Of a stretch of 64,000 bases of DNA, positions 1-11,234 are shown piece after piece. The position numbers and the translations under genes were made by a program. Source of the DNA: Escherichia phage FL12; the sequence record PP400786; one strand, 5' to 3'. Within the stretch, counting starts at the first letter, position 1; each line of letters starts with the position of its first letter. The notes beneath the pieces were generated by a model. That model ran no database searches and was not told where the DNA came from. It saw only the letters and a program-made list of their open reading frames with translations.

Positions 1-1
1 T

Positions 2-834
<833 letters not shown>

Positions 835-835
<1 letters not shown>

Positions 836-1083
836 TGGAAGGTTTAATTGAAGCTATTAAATCAAACGACCTCGTAGCCGCTCGTAAATTATTTGCTGAA
901 GCCATGGCTGCAAGAACGACTGATTTAATTAAAGAAGAAAAAATCGCTATCGCTCGTAATTTCTTAATCGAAGGTGAAGAACCTGATGACGAGGATGATG
1001 ACGAAGACGAAGATAGTGATGATAAAGACGACAAAAAAGACAAAGATTCTGATGAAGATGACGAAGACGAGGATGATGAATAA
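835..1083 (+). CDS. 67: prohead core protein gp67
   Basis: 82 aa, start overlaps gp20 stop (TAATG); extremely acidic D/E-rich C-terminal tail typical of T4 gp67. Confidence 0.85.
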
Positions 1084-1508
1084 TGCTTCTGATCCCTGAA
1101 ACTCATGAATTAGTTCTCGAGAATGTCGAAGCACTTATTCCTGAAGCACAGGGTCGCTTTGACGAATTGTCTTCTGCTTTAAATAAAGACGATATAAATA
1201 CAATTGTCGAGAATATGCTTGATGATGAAACTGATTTAGCGGTTGCATTAGCTTCTATTAATGAAAATATGCCGTTAAATGAATTTATCGTTAAACATGT
1301 TTCTGCCCGTGGTGAAATTACTCGCACTAAAGATCGCAAAACCCGCGAACGTAATGCATTTCAAACTACCGGGTTGTCTAAAGCAAAACGTAGACAAATT
1401 GCTCGTAAAGCTACCAAAACGAAGATTGCCAATCCAGCAGGTCAATCTCGTGCTCAGCGTAAGCGTAAAAAAGCTCTTAAACGCCGTAAAGCATTAGGAT
1501 TAAGCTAA
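1083..1508 (+). CDS. 68: prohead core protein gp68
   Basis: 141 aa, TAATG overlap with gp67, basic C-terminus; T4 gp68 position and length. Confidence 0.85.
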
Positions 1509-2146
1509 TGAATGAACCCCAATTACTAATTGAAACTTGGGGTCAACCTGGCGAAATTATTGATGGCGTGCCAATGCTTGAATCTCATGATGGAAAAGAC
1601 TTAGGTTTAAAACCGGGTTTATACATCGAAGGAATATTCATGCAAGCGGAAGTTGTCAATAGAAATAAACGTCTTTATCCAAAACGTATATTAGAAAAAG
1701 CGGTAAAAGACTATATTAATGAGCAAGTTTTAACTAAACAAGCTCTCGGAGAATTAAATCATCCTCCACGCGCTAATGTTGACCCGATGCAAGCCGCTAT
1801 CATTATAGAAGATATGTGGTGGAAAGGAAATGACGTATACGGACGAGCTCGTGTTATTGAAGGTGACCATGGTCCTGGAGATAAATTAGCAGCTAATATT
1901 CGTGCCGGATGGATTCCAGGAGTTTCTTCTCGTGGATTAGGTTCATTGACTGACACAAATAAAGGTTATCGTATCGTAAACGAAGGATTCAAATTAACTG
2001 TAGGTGTTGATGCAGTATGGGGTCCAAGTGCTCCAGATGCATGGGTAACTCCTAAGGAAATTACCGAATCACAGACGGCGGAAGCCGATACAAGTGCCGA
2101 TGACGCCTATATGGCTCTCGCAGAGGCCATGAAAAAAGCGTTATAA
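1508..2146 (+). CDS. 21: prohead core scaffold protein and protease gp21
   Basis: 212 aa, same length and position as T4 gp21. Confidence 0.9.
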   Translation: MNEPQLLIETWGQPGEIIDGVPMLESHDGKDLGLKPGLYIEGIFMQAEVVNRNKRLYPKRILEKAVKDYINEQVLTKQALGELNHPPRANVDPMQAAIIIEDMWWKGNDVYGRARVIEGDHGPGDKLAANIRAGWIPGVSSRGLGSLTDTNKGYRIVNEGFKLTVGVDAVWGPSAPDAWVTPKEITESQTAEADTSADDAYMALAEAMKKAL

Positions 2147-2149
2147 ATA
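2142..2149 (+). promoter_or_regulatory. T4-type late promoter TATAAATA upstream of gene 22
   Basis: Exact TATAAATA about 28 nt upstream of the gene 22 ATG. Confidence 0.55.
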
Positions 2150-2176
2150 TTATTATCTAAACAACAGGACTACAAA

Positions 2177-2986
2177 ATGCTTAAAGAACAACTGATTGCC
2201 GAAGCGCAGAAAATTGATGCTTCCGTTGCTCTTGATAGTATTTTCGAATCAGTTAATATTTCTCCGGAAGCAAAAGAAACTTTCGGCACTGTATTCGAAG
2301 CTACCGTCAAGCAGCACGCCGTTAAATTAGCTGAATCTCATATCGCTAAAATTGCTGAAAAAGCAGAAGAAGAAGTAGAAAAAAATAAAGAAGAAGCAGA
2401 AGAAAAAGCTGAGAAGAAAATCGCTGAGCAAGCTTCTAAATTCCTTGACCATCTTGCAAAAGAATGGCTCACTGAAAATAAATTAGCAGTAGATAAAGGT
2501 ATCAAAGCCGAACTGTTTGAATCCATGCTTGGTGGATTGAAAGAGCTCTTCATTGAACACAACGTTGTTGTTCCAGAAGAATCAGTTGATGTTGTAGCTG
2601 AAATGGAAGAAGAGCTGCAAGAACATAAAGAAGAATCAGCTCGTCTGTTCGAAGAACTCAATAAGCGTGACGCATATATCAATTATGTGCAGCGTGAAGT
2701 GGCATTGAGCGAAAGTACTAAAGATCTGACTGAGTCTCAAAAAGAAAAAGTCTCTGCTCTGGTCGAAGGTATGGATTATTCAGATGCATTCTCAAGTAAA
2801 TTGAGTGCAATCGTAGAAATGGTGAAGAAATCTAATAAAGATGAAAGCACTATTACTGAGAGTATAAATACTCCTGATACTGAAGCAGCCGGACTGAATT
2901 TCGTCACTGAAGCTGTAGAAGATAAAGCTGCACAGGGTGCAGAAGATATTGTAAGTGTATATGCGAAAGTCGCATCTCGTTTCTAA
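2177..2986 (+). CDS. 22: prohead core scaffold protein gp22
   Basis: 269 aa, Glu/Lys-rich coiled-coil-like sequence, T4 gp22 length and position. Confidence 0.9.
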   Translation: MLKEQLIAEAQKIDASVALDSIFESVNISPEAKETFGTVFEATVKQHAVKLAESHIAKIAEKAEEEVEKNKEEAEEKAEKKIAEQASKFLDHLAKEWLTENKLAVDKGIKAELFESMLGGLKELFIEHNVVVPEESVDVVAEMEEELQEHKEESARLFEELNKRDAYINYVQREVALSESTKDLTESQKEKVSALVEGMDYSDAFSSKLSAIVEMVKKSNKDESTITESINTPDTEAAGLNFVTEAVEDKAAQGAEDIVSVYAKVASRF

Positions 2987-3004
2987 TTTTAAAGGTTAAC
3001 ACAA

Positions 3005-4570
3005 ATGACTATCAAAACTAAAGCTGAACTTTTGAACAAATGGAAGCCATTACTGGAAGGTGAAGGTTTACCGGAAATTGCTAATAGCAAACAAGCGATT
3101 ATCGCTAAAATCTTTGAAAACCAGGAAAAAGATTTCCAGACAGCTCCGGAATATAAAGACGAAAAAATTGCTCAGGCATTTGGTTCTTTCTTAACAGAAG
3201 CTGAAATCGGTGGTGACCACGGTTACAATGCTACCAACATCGCTGCAGGTCAGACTTCTGGTGCAGTAACTCAGATTGGCCCAGCTGTTATGGGTATGGT
3301 ACGTCGTGCTATTCCTAACCTGATTGCTTTCGATATTTGCGGTGTTCAGCCGATGAACAGCCCGACTGGCCAGGTATTCGCACTGCGTGCAGTATATGGT
3401 AAAGACCCAATTGCTTCCGATGCTAAAGAAGCATTCCACCCAATGTATGGTCCAGATGCAATGTTCTCTGGTCAGGGTGCTGCTAAGAAATTCGCTGCTT
3501 TGAAAGCAAGTGATACTCTTGAAGTTGGAACTATTTACACCCACTTCTTCCAGGACACTGGTACTGTATATCTGCAAGCTACAGAAGTTAAGCAAATTGA
3601 TACTAGTGCATCTGACGCAGCTAAATTAGATGCTGAAATTAAGAAACAAATGGAAGCTGGTGTACTGGTAGAAATCGCTGAAGGTATGGCTACTTCTATC
3701 GCTGAACTCCAGGAAGGTTTCAATGGTTCTACCGATAACCCATGGAATGAAATGGGCTTCCGTATCGATAAGCAAGTTATCGAAGCTAAATCTCGTCAGC
3801 TGAAAGCTGCTTACTCTATTGAATTAGCACAAGACCTTCGCGCTGTTCACGGTATGGATGCTGATGCTGAACTGTCTGGTATTCTGGCTACCGAAATTAT
3901 GCTGGAAATCAACCGCGAAGTTGTTGATTGGATTAACTACTCCGCTCAGGTTGGTAAATCTGGTATGACCCTGACTCCGGGTTCTAAAGCTGGTGTATTT
4001 GACTTCCAGGACCCAATCGATATTCGTGGTGCTCGCTGGGCAGGTGAATCCTTTAAAGCTTTGTTGTTCCAGATTGACAAAGAAGCAGTTGAAATTGCTC
4101 GTCAGACCGGTCGTGGTGAAGGTAACTTCATTATCGCTTCCCGTAACGTAGTTAACGTTCTGGCTTCAGTTGATACTGGCATTTCTTATGCTGCACAGGG
4201 TCTGGCTACCGGCTTTAACACTGATACTACCAAGTCAGTATTTGCTGGTGTTCTGGGTGGTAAATACCGTGTATATATCGACCAGTATGCTAAACAGGAT
4301 TATTTCACTGTAGGTTATAAAGGTCCGAACGAAATGGATGCTGGTATTTACTACGCTCCATATGTAGCTCTGACTCCGCTGCGTGGTTCCGATCCGAAGA
4401 ACTTCCAACCGGTAATGGGATTCAAAACTCGTTACGGTATCGGTATCAACCCATTTGCAGAATCCGCTGCTCAGGCTCCGGCTTCTCGCATCCAGAGCGG
4501 TATGCCTTCTATTCTGAATAGCCTTGGTAAGAACGCTTACTTTAGACGTGTATATGTTAAAGGTATCTAA
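3005..4570 (+). CDS. 23: major capsid protein gp23
   Basis: 521 aa; N-terminus MTIKTKAELLNKWKPLLEGEG recognised as T4 gp23 precursor; strong codon bias. Confidence 0.97.
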   Translation: MTIKTKAELLNKWKPLLEGEGLPEIANSKQAIIAKIFENQEKDFQTAPEYKDEKIAQAFGSFLTEAEIGGDHGYNATNIAAGQTSGAVTQIGPAVMGMVRRAIPNLIAFDICGVQPMNSPTGQVFALRAVYGKDPIASDAKEAFHPMYGPDAMFSGQGAAKKFAALKASDTLEVGTIYTHFFQDTGTVYLQATEVKQIDTSASDAAKLDAEIKKQMEAGVLVEIAEGMATSIAELQEGFNGSTDNPWNEMGFRIDKQVIEAKSRQLKAAYSIELAQDLRAVHGMDADAELSGILATEIMLEINREVVDWINYSAQVGKSGMTLTPGSKAGVFDFQDPIDIRGARWAGESFKALLFQIDKEAVEIARQTGRGEGNFIIASRNVVNVLASVDTGISYAAQGLATGFNTDTTKSVFAGVLGGKYRVYIDQYAKQDYFTVGYKGPNEMDAGIYYAPYVALTPLRGSDPKNFQPVMGFKTRYGIGINPFAESAAQAPASRIQSGMPSILNSLGKNAYFRRVYVKGI

Positions 4571-4585
4571 TCTTTGACGATTTAA

Positions 4586-4614
4586 GGGACCTTCGGGTCC
4601 CTTTAGTTGTTTTT
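4586..4614 (+). terminator. rho-independent terminator after gene 23
   Basis: GGGACCTTCGGGTCCC hairpin followed by a T-rich tract. Confidence 0.7.
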
Positions 4615-4618
4615 ATGG

Positions 4619-4626
4619 TATAAATA
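4619..4626 (+). promoter_or_regulatory. late promoter TATAAATA for gene 24
   Basis: Exact TATAAATA about 28 nt upstream of the gene 24 ATG. Confidence 0.6.
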
Positions 4627-4653
4627 AATCATATAAACCAAAAGGAAAGCGCA

Positions 4654-5937
4654 ATGGCTAAAATCAACGAACTTCTGCGCGAATCAACCACAACGAATAG
4701 CAACTCAATCGGTCGCCCAAATCTCGTTGCTTTGACTCGCGCTACCACTAAATTAATATATTCTGACATTGTAGCAACGCAAAGAACTAATCAACCTGTT
4801 GCTGCTTTTTATGGTATCAAATACCTTAACCCAGACAACGAATTTACATTTAAAACTGGTGCTACTTACGCTGGCGAAGCTGGATATGTAGACCGAGAAC
4901 AAATCACAGAATTAACAGAAGAGTCTAAATTAACTCTCAATAAAGGCGATTTATTCAAATATAATAATATCGTCTATAAAGTGTTAGAAGATACACCATT
5001 TGCAGATATTCAAGAAAGTGACTTAGAGCTAGCTCTTCAGATTGCAATTGTTCTTTTAAAGGTTCGTCTATTTTCTGATGCAGCGTCAACAAGCAAATTT
5101 GAAAGCTCTGATAGTGAAATTGCGGATGCTAGATTCCAGATTAATAAATGGCAAACCGCAGTTAAATCTCGTAAACTTAAAACTGGCATTACAGTTGAAT
5201 TAGCACAAGATTTAGAAGCAAATGGATTCGATGCTCCTAATTTCTTGGAAGATTTGCTTGCAACCGAAATGGCAGATGAAATCAATAAAGATATTCTGCA
5301 GTCTTTGATTACAGTGTCAAAACGTTATAAAGTTACAGGAATTACTGATACTGGATTCATTGATTTGAGTTATGCATCTGCACCTGAAGCGGGTCGTTCA
5401 TTATATCGAATGGTATGTGAAATGGTTTCACATATCCAAAAAGAATCAACTTATACAGCAACGTTCTGTGTTGCTTCAGCTCGTGCTGCTGCGATTCTTG
5501 CTGCATCAGGTTGGTTAAAACATAAACCAGAAGATGATAAATATCTTTCACAAAATGCCTACGGGTTCTTAGCTAATGGTTTACCACTTTATTGCGATAC
5601 TAACAGCCCATTAGATTATGTAATCGTTGGTGTAGTAGAAAATATCGGTGAAAAAGAAATCGTTGGATCAATTTTCTATGCTCCATACACTGAAGGAGTA
5701 GATTTAGATGACCCGGAACATGTCGGTGCTTTTAAAGTTGTTGTTGATCCAGAAAGCTTACAACCGTCTATCGGTTTATTAGTTAGATATGCTTTATCAG
5801 CAAATCCTTATACCGTAGCAAAAGATGAAAAAGAAGCAAGAATAATTGATGGTGGAGACATGGATAAAATGGCGGGTCGTTCAGATTTGTCTGTTTTATT
5901 AGGTGTTAAATTACCAAAAATTATTATTGATGAATAA
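4654..5937 (+). CDS. 24: capsid vertex protein gp24
   Basis: 427 aa, T4 gp24 length and position; gp23-like fold segments. Confidence 0.92.
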   Translation: MAKINELLRESTTTNSNSIGRPNLVALTRATTKLIYSDIVATQRTNQPVAAFYGIKYLNPDNEFTFKTGATYAGEAGYVDREQITELTEESKLTLNKGDLFKYNNIVYKVLEDTPFADIQESDLELALQIAIVLLKVRLFSDAASTSKFESSDSEIADARFQINKWQTAVKSRKLKTGITVELAQDLEANGFDAPNFLEDLLATEMADEINKDILQSLITVSKRYKVTGITDTGFIDLSYASAPEAGRSLYRMVCEMVSHIQKESTYTATFCVASARAAAILAASGWLKHKPEDDKYLSQNAYGFLANGLPLYCDTNSPLDYVIVGVVENIGEKEIVGSIFYAPYTEGVDLDDPEHVGAFKVVVDPESLQPSIGLLVRYALSANPYTVAKDEKEARIIDGGDMDKMAGRSDLSVLLGVKLPKIIIDE

Positions 5938-5943
5938 AACAAA

Positions 5944-5968
5944 GGGACCGAAAGGTCCCTTTTTATTT
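5944..5968. terminator. bidirectional terminator between convergent genes 24 and rnlB
   Basis: GGGACCGAAAGGTCCC hairpin flanked by A-tract on one side and T-tract on the other. Confidence 0.7.
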
Positions 5969-6971
5969 AGCTCATTAACTCAATCCAAGCTGGACGAAGT
6001 ACATCTTGCACCATTTTAACTAATTCCTTTTTAATCAAAGAAGGATTATCTGCTTGAGTTAGAGTAATACCTTCACGAGAAGTTTCTTCCAAAATATCTT
6101 GAACAGTTAGCCCCATCACCTTTCCAAAATCCTTTGGACCAATTTCGCCAATTTTAGAAATAACGTTATTTACTCGGTTCAGTGTAACGTAACAAGCTAA
6201 AATCCCCACCAATTTGTTATCAGCTTCTGACAGTTCAACTTTAGCTTTAATAGGCTTATCAGACTTTTTCTTTTCACTAAATTTGGAATTCTTGCATTTA
6301 ATCGCTACACGATTGCGATTAGGCAGCCAAGAAGGATAACAAGGTTTCAATACATATCCTTCAGCAGTAAATACTTCGCCTTTTGCTTCGGCATTCCAGA
6401 CGCATTTATTTGCATCAACTAATCCAGCATGGTCTACTGTAAAATTATAATCTTGGACGACAGAATCTAAATCATTTGGCAATTTAATAAGCTCTTCAAA
6501 TTTACCGCGACCTAAAAGTGGAGCCATTTTAAATTTAAATGTATTACAGAATGATTCCATCATATAATCGTCGACATAAGTCACATCACCACTTTCTGTA
6601 GTGACAATAATGTCAAATACATAAAAATCTTTATCACCATAATCAACATTCTTCTGAATGCCAGGTCCAGCGAATTCGCCAAAGACTTGATAAGATACAA
6701 CCGCTGAGGTTTCCATAATATCTTGTACTGCTTTAATGGAATCAGCGTAATTCTTTAGAATAATTTCATACCCAAAGAAATCTTCAGCGGGAAGAATCGG
6801 TCCAGTACGTTTAGCGCAAGTTACTTTATCACGCTCAATAATCAATGAGAAATTTGTGCCGTGAATCTTTTCACGAGCTACCCATTCGCCGCCAGTCAAT
6901 CCTAAGTTATAAAGTTTTTCAATAAATTTAGAGTTGTAATGATTTTCAAGACTGCTATACTTTTTAAACAT
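5967..6971 (-). CDS. rnlB: RNA ligase 2
   Basis: 334 aa; nucleotidyltransferase motif I lysine in REKIHGTN; T4 Rnl2 length and position. Confidence 0.9.
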   Translation of the reverse strand: MFKKYSSLENHYNSKFIEKLYNLGLTGGEWVAREKIHGTNFSLIIERDKVTCAKRTGPILPAEDFFGYEIILKNYADSIKAVQDIMETSAVVSYQVFGEFAGPGIQKNVDYGDKDFYVFDIIVTTESGDVTYVDDYMMESFCNTFKFKMAPLLGRGKFEELIKLPNDLDSVVQDYNFTVDHAGLVDANKCVWNAEAKGEVFTAEGYVLKPCYPSWLPNRNRVAIKCKNSKFSEKKKSDKPIKAKVELSEADNKLVGILACYVTLNRVNNVISKIGEIGPKDFGKVMGLTVQDILEETSREGITLTQADNPSLIKKELVKMVQDVLRPAWIELMS

Positions 6972-6980
6972 AATTAATCC

Positions 6981-7259
6981 TCAAAATGTAATTTCTAACC
7001 AATCACCATCACGCTGATCACTATTGACTTTAAAGCTGAATCCTTCTTTTCTCAGCCAATCACCAATTTCTTCAGTAATCAATTTATCACGAGCAATACA
7101 ATAATAACTAAAATGCGTTTTACCTTGTTCAGCTGCTTTATTAGCAAGTTCCGAAAAATCTTTAATAAAACACTCTAGCTTAAACTGTTTACTTTTTAAT
7201 GCTTTTTCGCGCAATTGATTAGCAAAAGATTCATTTTCATAAAGATCATACTGTTCCAT
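6981..7259 (-). CDS. hypothetical protein (position of T4 24.2)
   Basis: 92-aa ORF, compact spacing in minus-strand operon. Confidence 0.6.
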   Translation of the reverse strand: MEQYDLYENESFANQLREKALKSKQFKLECFIKDFSELANKAAEQGKTHFSYYCIARDKLITEEIGDWLRKEGFSFKVNSDQRDGDWLEITF

Positions 7260-7461
7260 TTTTCACCTTTTTATTGATATGTCTTTTTCTATAGACAACT
7301 TTTTCTCGAGTTTCAAATTTATTCTTAGCAGTCATAGCTCGAGCCCATAATACAGCCACTTCTTTTGCCTGTAAGTTCAATTCACGAGCAATTTCAATGA
7401 ATGACTTTCCAGACTCATGAAGAGTAAACACCACAACCTCAGTTCTCATAATCAATCTCAT
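7246..7461 (-). CDS. hypothetical small protein (position of T4 24.3), possible HTH
   Basis: 71-aa ORF overlapping the downstream ORF start; basic C-terminus. Confidence 0.55.
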   Translation of the reverse strand: MRLIMRTEVVVFTLHESGKSFIEIARELNLQAKEVAVLWARAMTAKNKFETREKVVYRKRHINKKVKNGTV

Positions 7462-7526
7462 GTTATCGAGTTGGTGCCATTATATACATCATTTTCTGAT
7501 TGTGTTTTGTGTGCTTTCAAAATGAA

Positions 7527-7546
7527 GAAAGGGGCCGAAGCCCCCT
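7527..7546 (-). terminator. terminator hairpin downstream of hoc
   Basis: GGGGGCTTCGGCCCC hairpin with T-tract on minus strand. Confidence 0.6.
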
Positions 7547-7550
7547 ATGA

Positions 7551-8969
7551 TTATGGATAGGTATAGATGATACCAGTTTCTAAAGCAGTTTTATGAATGA
7601 TGTATCCATTACGTGATTCTTGAACATCAACTTCTGGATAGTCTTTCATCATCTTCTGAAGAGTGTAACGATGCAGGTAATATTTACTATCTGGATCGTC
7701 AGTTTTCCAATCTTTACCTTCTTCAGTCATTTTTTGGATTTCATCCATAACCCACCAACCGCACCAGATGTAAGCTGAAGTACGATGTGGAAGAGGATGA
7801 ACATAAGGTAATTCACCTTCTGGTTCTGGAGCAACTTTATCAGTTACCTGAACTTGACCTTCTGCTGTGATAGTTTTGCTATCATAATCAGTAGCAGTAA
7901 CAGTTGCAGTAACTTCAATAGTTTGACTTCCAATAGATGATGTATCAACGGTGTATACATTAGTTGACCCTTCTACAGGAGAAGAATCTTTCTTCCATGA
8001 ATACGCAATTTGTGCTTCTTCTGGAGCATCAGTAACATTAGCAGTAAATGTAGCCGAAGCATCTTGCTGGACGTTAATAGAAGGAGGAGTCAATGTAACC
8101 TGTGGATTCATTGTCTTCTTATTAACTGTCAATGATACTTCATTAGAAGTAACTTCCTTTTCATTGTAATTTTCTGCCGTTACTTGCGCTACGCATTTAA
8201 TTCTTTTTACTCCACTTGTAGTTGGAGTGTAATTGAACGTAGCATTAGTTTCTCCACCAACTTGTGAATCATCTACATACCATTTATATGTAGCAGACGC
8301 TCCAACAGGTTGAGAAACCAAGGCAGCAGTAAATTGAACTGGGGTTCCAATTACTCCAGCTGAAGGACTATCAGGAGTTACGGCTAATGTAGTTGTCTGC
8401 GTCTTTTTATTAACAGTCAGTGACACTTCATTGGAAGTAACTTCCTTTGTATCATAATCTGTCGCGGTTACTTGAGCTACACACTTAATTGTTTTAACTC
8501 CGCTTGTGTCAGGAGTGTAATTGAATGTAGCGTCAGTTGCTTCGCTTACAGGAGAACCGTCAACGTGCCATTGATACGTAGCAGATGCACCTGGCGGCTG
8601 TGAATCTAAGGCAGCGGTAAATTGAACGGCTGTTCCAATCACTCCAGCCGCAGGACTAGCAGGAGTTACAGCTAAGGTAGTCGTTTGTGTCTTATTTTGA
8701 ACTGTGATAGTTGTTGTCGCTTCAGCCGTTTCCGGGCCTCCTTCAGAAAGTGTATTTGTTGCAACAACTTTAATTGTTTTTGTTCCAGCAGGTCCTTTTA
8801 ATACATAATCAAAAGTTGCCGCTGATCCTTCTTGTGGAGCATTATCTACACTCCAAGCATAGGTAATAGTTCCACCTCCAGTTTGACCACTGGGTGCAGC
8901 AGTAAACTGCTGAGTCTGATCTATAACTCCAGTAGGTGTTTTAGGAGTTATATCAACTGTAAAAGTCAT
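7551..8969 (-). CDS. hoc: outer capsid decoration protein Hoc, 472 aa with four Ig-like domains
   Basis: Ig-like repeats rich in T/V/A plus conserved C-terminal capsid-binding tail; about 96 aa longer than T4 Hoc (376 aa). Confidence 0.9.
   Translation of the reverse strand: MTFTVDITPKTPTGVIDQTQQFTAAPSGQTGGGTITYAWSVDNAPQEGSAATFDYVLKGPAGTKTIKVVATNTLSEGGPETAEATTTITVQNKTQTTTLAVTPASPAAGVIGTAVQFTAALDSQPPGASATYQWHVDGSPVSEATDATFNYTPDTSGVKTIKCVAQVTATDYDTKEVTSNEVSLTVNKKTQTTTLAVTPDSPSAGVIGTPVQFTAALVSQPVGASATYKWYVDDSQVGGETNATFNYTPTTSGVKRIKCVAQVTAENYNEKEVTSNEVSLTVNKKTMNPQVTLTPPSINVQQDASATFTANVTDAPEEAQIAYSWKKDSSPVEGSTNVYTVDTSSIGSQTIEVTATVTATDYDSKTITAEGQVQVTDKVAPEPEGELPYVHPLPHRTSAYIWCGWWVMDEIQKMTEEGKDWKTDDPDSKYYLHRYTLQKMMKDYPEVDVQESRNGYIIHKTALETGIIYTYP
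8118..8693 (-). repeat. tandem duplication of a ~288-bp unit (two ~96-aa Ig-like domains) inside hoc
   Basis: Hoc residues 93-188 and 189-284 are near-identical in sequence (KTQTTTLAVTP...EVTSNEVSLTVNK twice). Confidence 0.85.
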
Positions 8970-8978
8970 AAGTTATCC

Positions 8979-9659
8979 TTATTTTAATGTTACGAAAGAA
9001 GAATTGCGTGTTTCACGAATTAGAACTGATCCGTCACGATTAATGTAGTAAATTAAACTAAACAAAGTTTGATGCGCAGACGCATGTTCAAAACTGGTTG
9101 GGCGAGATTTCCAATCTGGAGTTTCAGCTATCCATTGATAAATCCACCAAGGAACAGTGCAGAATCCTGGATTTTTTCCAATCAGCTGAAGATTTGGACT
9201 AAAGTTTTCCGGAAGAGTAAATACAGACGGCTTTTCAGATTCAATAATCTCAGCTACAGCCTGTTCGAATTTTTCTTCAACAAAAGGAGTATCTTCAATC
9301 AAAACTGAGGTATTTTCAGGAATTTTATCCGTTTCTACTACTTCAATTTTAATGTCAGATTTAACCGGAGAATCAATCAGAAGTGCTGCTTCTGGATTGA
9401 CTTCTTCATCGTCATATTTTAATCCCTCTGCAGCATCAGCAGCATCAATTAAGTCTTTAATAGATAACCCATCAGTCTCTGGCATAGGTTCACTAGCGAG
9501 CTTCTGGAGGGCTTCTTCAATATCAACAACGATATTATCAAAAGATTTATTCTTTTTGACCTTTATACCAAACTGTTCAGCATATTCAGCTAATTTAGCT
9601 TTAGCTTCTTTGTTATCATCAAGAGCCTTCAGCTCTGCAATATAATCTTTATCTATCAT
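8979..9659 (-). CDS. inh: inhibitor of prohead protease Inh
   Basis: 226 aa, T4 Inh length and position downstream of hoc. Confidence 0.8.
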   Translation of the reverse strand: MIDKDYIAELKALDDNKEAKAKLAEYAEQFGIKVKKNKSFDNIVVDIEEALQKLASEPMPETDGLSIKDLIDAADAAEGLKYDDEEVNPEAALLIDSPVKSDIKIEVVETDKIPENTSVLIEDTPFVEEKFEQAVAEIIESEKPSVFTLPENFSPNLQLIGKNPGFCTVPWWIYQWIAETPDWKSRPTSFEHASAHQTLFSLIYYINRDGSVLIRETRNSSFVTLK

Positions 9660-9672
9660 AATATTTCCTCAG

Positions 9673-9680
9673 TATAAATA
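9673..9680 (+). promoter_or_regulatory. late promoter TATAAATA for uvsW
   Basis: Exact TATAAATA about 30 nt upstream of the uvsW ATG. Confidence 0.55.
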
Positions 9681-9709
9681 TAGATATATTTATTACATGG
9701 TATTTAGAC

Positions 9710-11221
9710 ATGACTGACATTAAAGTACATTTTTATGATTTTAGTCACGTGAGAATTGATTGTGAAGAAAGTACATTTCATGAACTCCGTGATTTCTTTA
9801 GCTTTGAAGCTGACGGGTATCGTTTTAATCCTCGCTTCAGATATGGCCACTGGGATGGACGAATTCGTCTTTTAGATTATAATCGTCTTCTTCCATTCGG
9901 CTTAGTCGGGCAAATTAAAAAGTTCTGTGATAACTTTGGCTATAAAGCCTGGATTGACCCACAAATTAACGAAAAAGAAGAATTATCAAGAAAAGATTTT
10001 GATGAATGGCTTTCTAAATTAGAAATCTATTCAGGAAATAAAAGAATTGAACCACACTGGTATCAAAAAGATGCAGTGTTCGAAGGATTAGTTAATCGTC
10101 GTAGAATTCTTAATCTTCCAACATCCGCTGGTAAATCTTTAATTCAAGCTTTGCTTGCGCGGTATTATTTGGAAAATTATGAAGGTAAAATTCTTATCAT
10201 TGTTCCAACAACTGCTCTGACAACTCAGATGGCTGATGACTTTGTTGACTATCGTTTATTCAGTCATGCAATGATAAAGAAAATTGGTGGCGGAGCATCA
10301 AAAGATGATAAATATAAAAATGATGCACCAGTCGTTGTTGGTACATGGCAAACTGTAGTTAAACAACCGAAAGAATGGTTCTCACAGTTTGGAATGATGA
10401 TGAATGATGAATGCCATCTTGCTACAGGAAAAAGTATTTCATCTATCATATCAGGTTTAAATAACTGCATGTTTAAATTTGGTCTATCAGGTTCATTACG
10501 TGATGGCAAAGCCAATATCATGCAGTATGTTGGAATGTTTGGTGAAATATTTAAACCAGTAACGACTTCTAAATTAATGGAAGATGGACAAGTAACTGAG
10601 TTAAAAATTAATAGTATTTTTCTTCGCTATCCCGATGAGTTCACTACTAAATTAAAGGGAAAAACTTACCAAGAAGAAATAAAAATTATTACTGGGCTCA
10701 GTAAAAGAAATAAATGGATCGCTAAATTAGCTATTAAGCTTGCGCAAAAAGATGAAAACGCTTTTGTCATGTTTAAACATGTATCACATGGTAAAGCTAT
10801 TTTCGATTTAATTAAAAATGAATACGATAAAGTTTATTACGTATCAGGGGAAGTTGATACCGAAACCCGCAATATAATGAAAACCTTAGCTGAAAATGGT
10901 AAAGGAATAATTATAGTAGCGAGTTATGGCGTATTTTCTACTGGTATTTCAGTTAAAAATCTGCATCACGTTGTTTTAGCGCACGGTGTTAAATCAAAAA
11001 TCATTGTATTACAAACAATCGGTCGTGTATTACGTAAGCATGGTTCTAAGACAATAGCAACAGTCTGGGACCTCATAGATGACGCAGGCGTCAAGCCAAA
11101 ATCTGCTAATACGAAAAAGAAATATGTTCATTTGAACTATCTTTTAAAACACGGCATTGATCGTATTCAGCGCTACGCAGATGAAAAATTTAATTACGTA
11201 ATGAAAACAGTTAATTTATAA
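9710..11221 (+). CDS. uvsW: UvsW DNA/RNA helicase
   Basis: 503 aa; Walker A (TSAGKS) and DECH box (MMNDECH) helicase motifs. Confidence 0.93.
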   Translation: MTDIKVHFYDFSHVRIDCEESTFHELRDFFSFEADGYRFNPRFRYGHWDGRIRLLDYNRLLPFGLVGQIKKFCDNFGYKAWIDPQINEKEELSRKDFDEWLSKLEIYSGNKRIEPHWYQKDAVFEGLVNRRRILNLPTSAGKSLIQALLARYYLENYEGKILIIVPTTALTTQMADDFVDYRLFSHAMIKKIGGGASKDDKYKNDAPVVVGTWQTVVKQPKEWFSQFGMMMNDECHLATGKSISSIISGLNNCMFKFGLSGSLRDGKANIMQYVGMFGEIFKPVTTSKLMEDGQVTELKINSIFLRYPDEFTTKLKGKTYQEEIKIITGLSKRNKWIAKLAIKLAQKDENAFVMFKHVSHGKAIFDLIKNEYDKVYYVSGEVDTETRNIMKTLAENGKGIIIVASYGVFSTGISVKNLHHVVLAHGVKSKIIVLQTIGRVLRKHGSKTIATVWDLIDDAGVKPKSANTKKKYVHLNYLLKHGIDRIQRYADEKFNYVMKTVNL

Positions 11222-11234
11222 GGGCTTCGGCCCT

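Noticed and set aside
3191-3723. Two minus-strand ORFs (134 and 62 aa) inside gene 23
   Set aside because: Antisense to the highly expressed major capsid gene, with no ribosome-binding site or promoter context; typical shadow ORFs.
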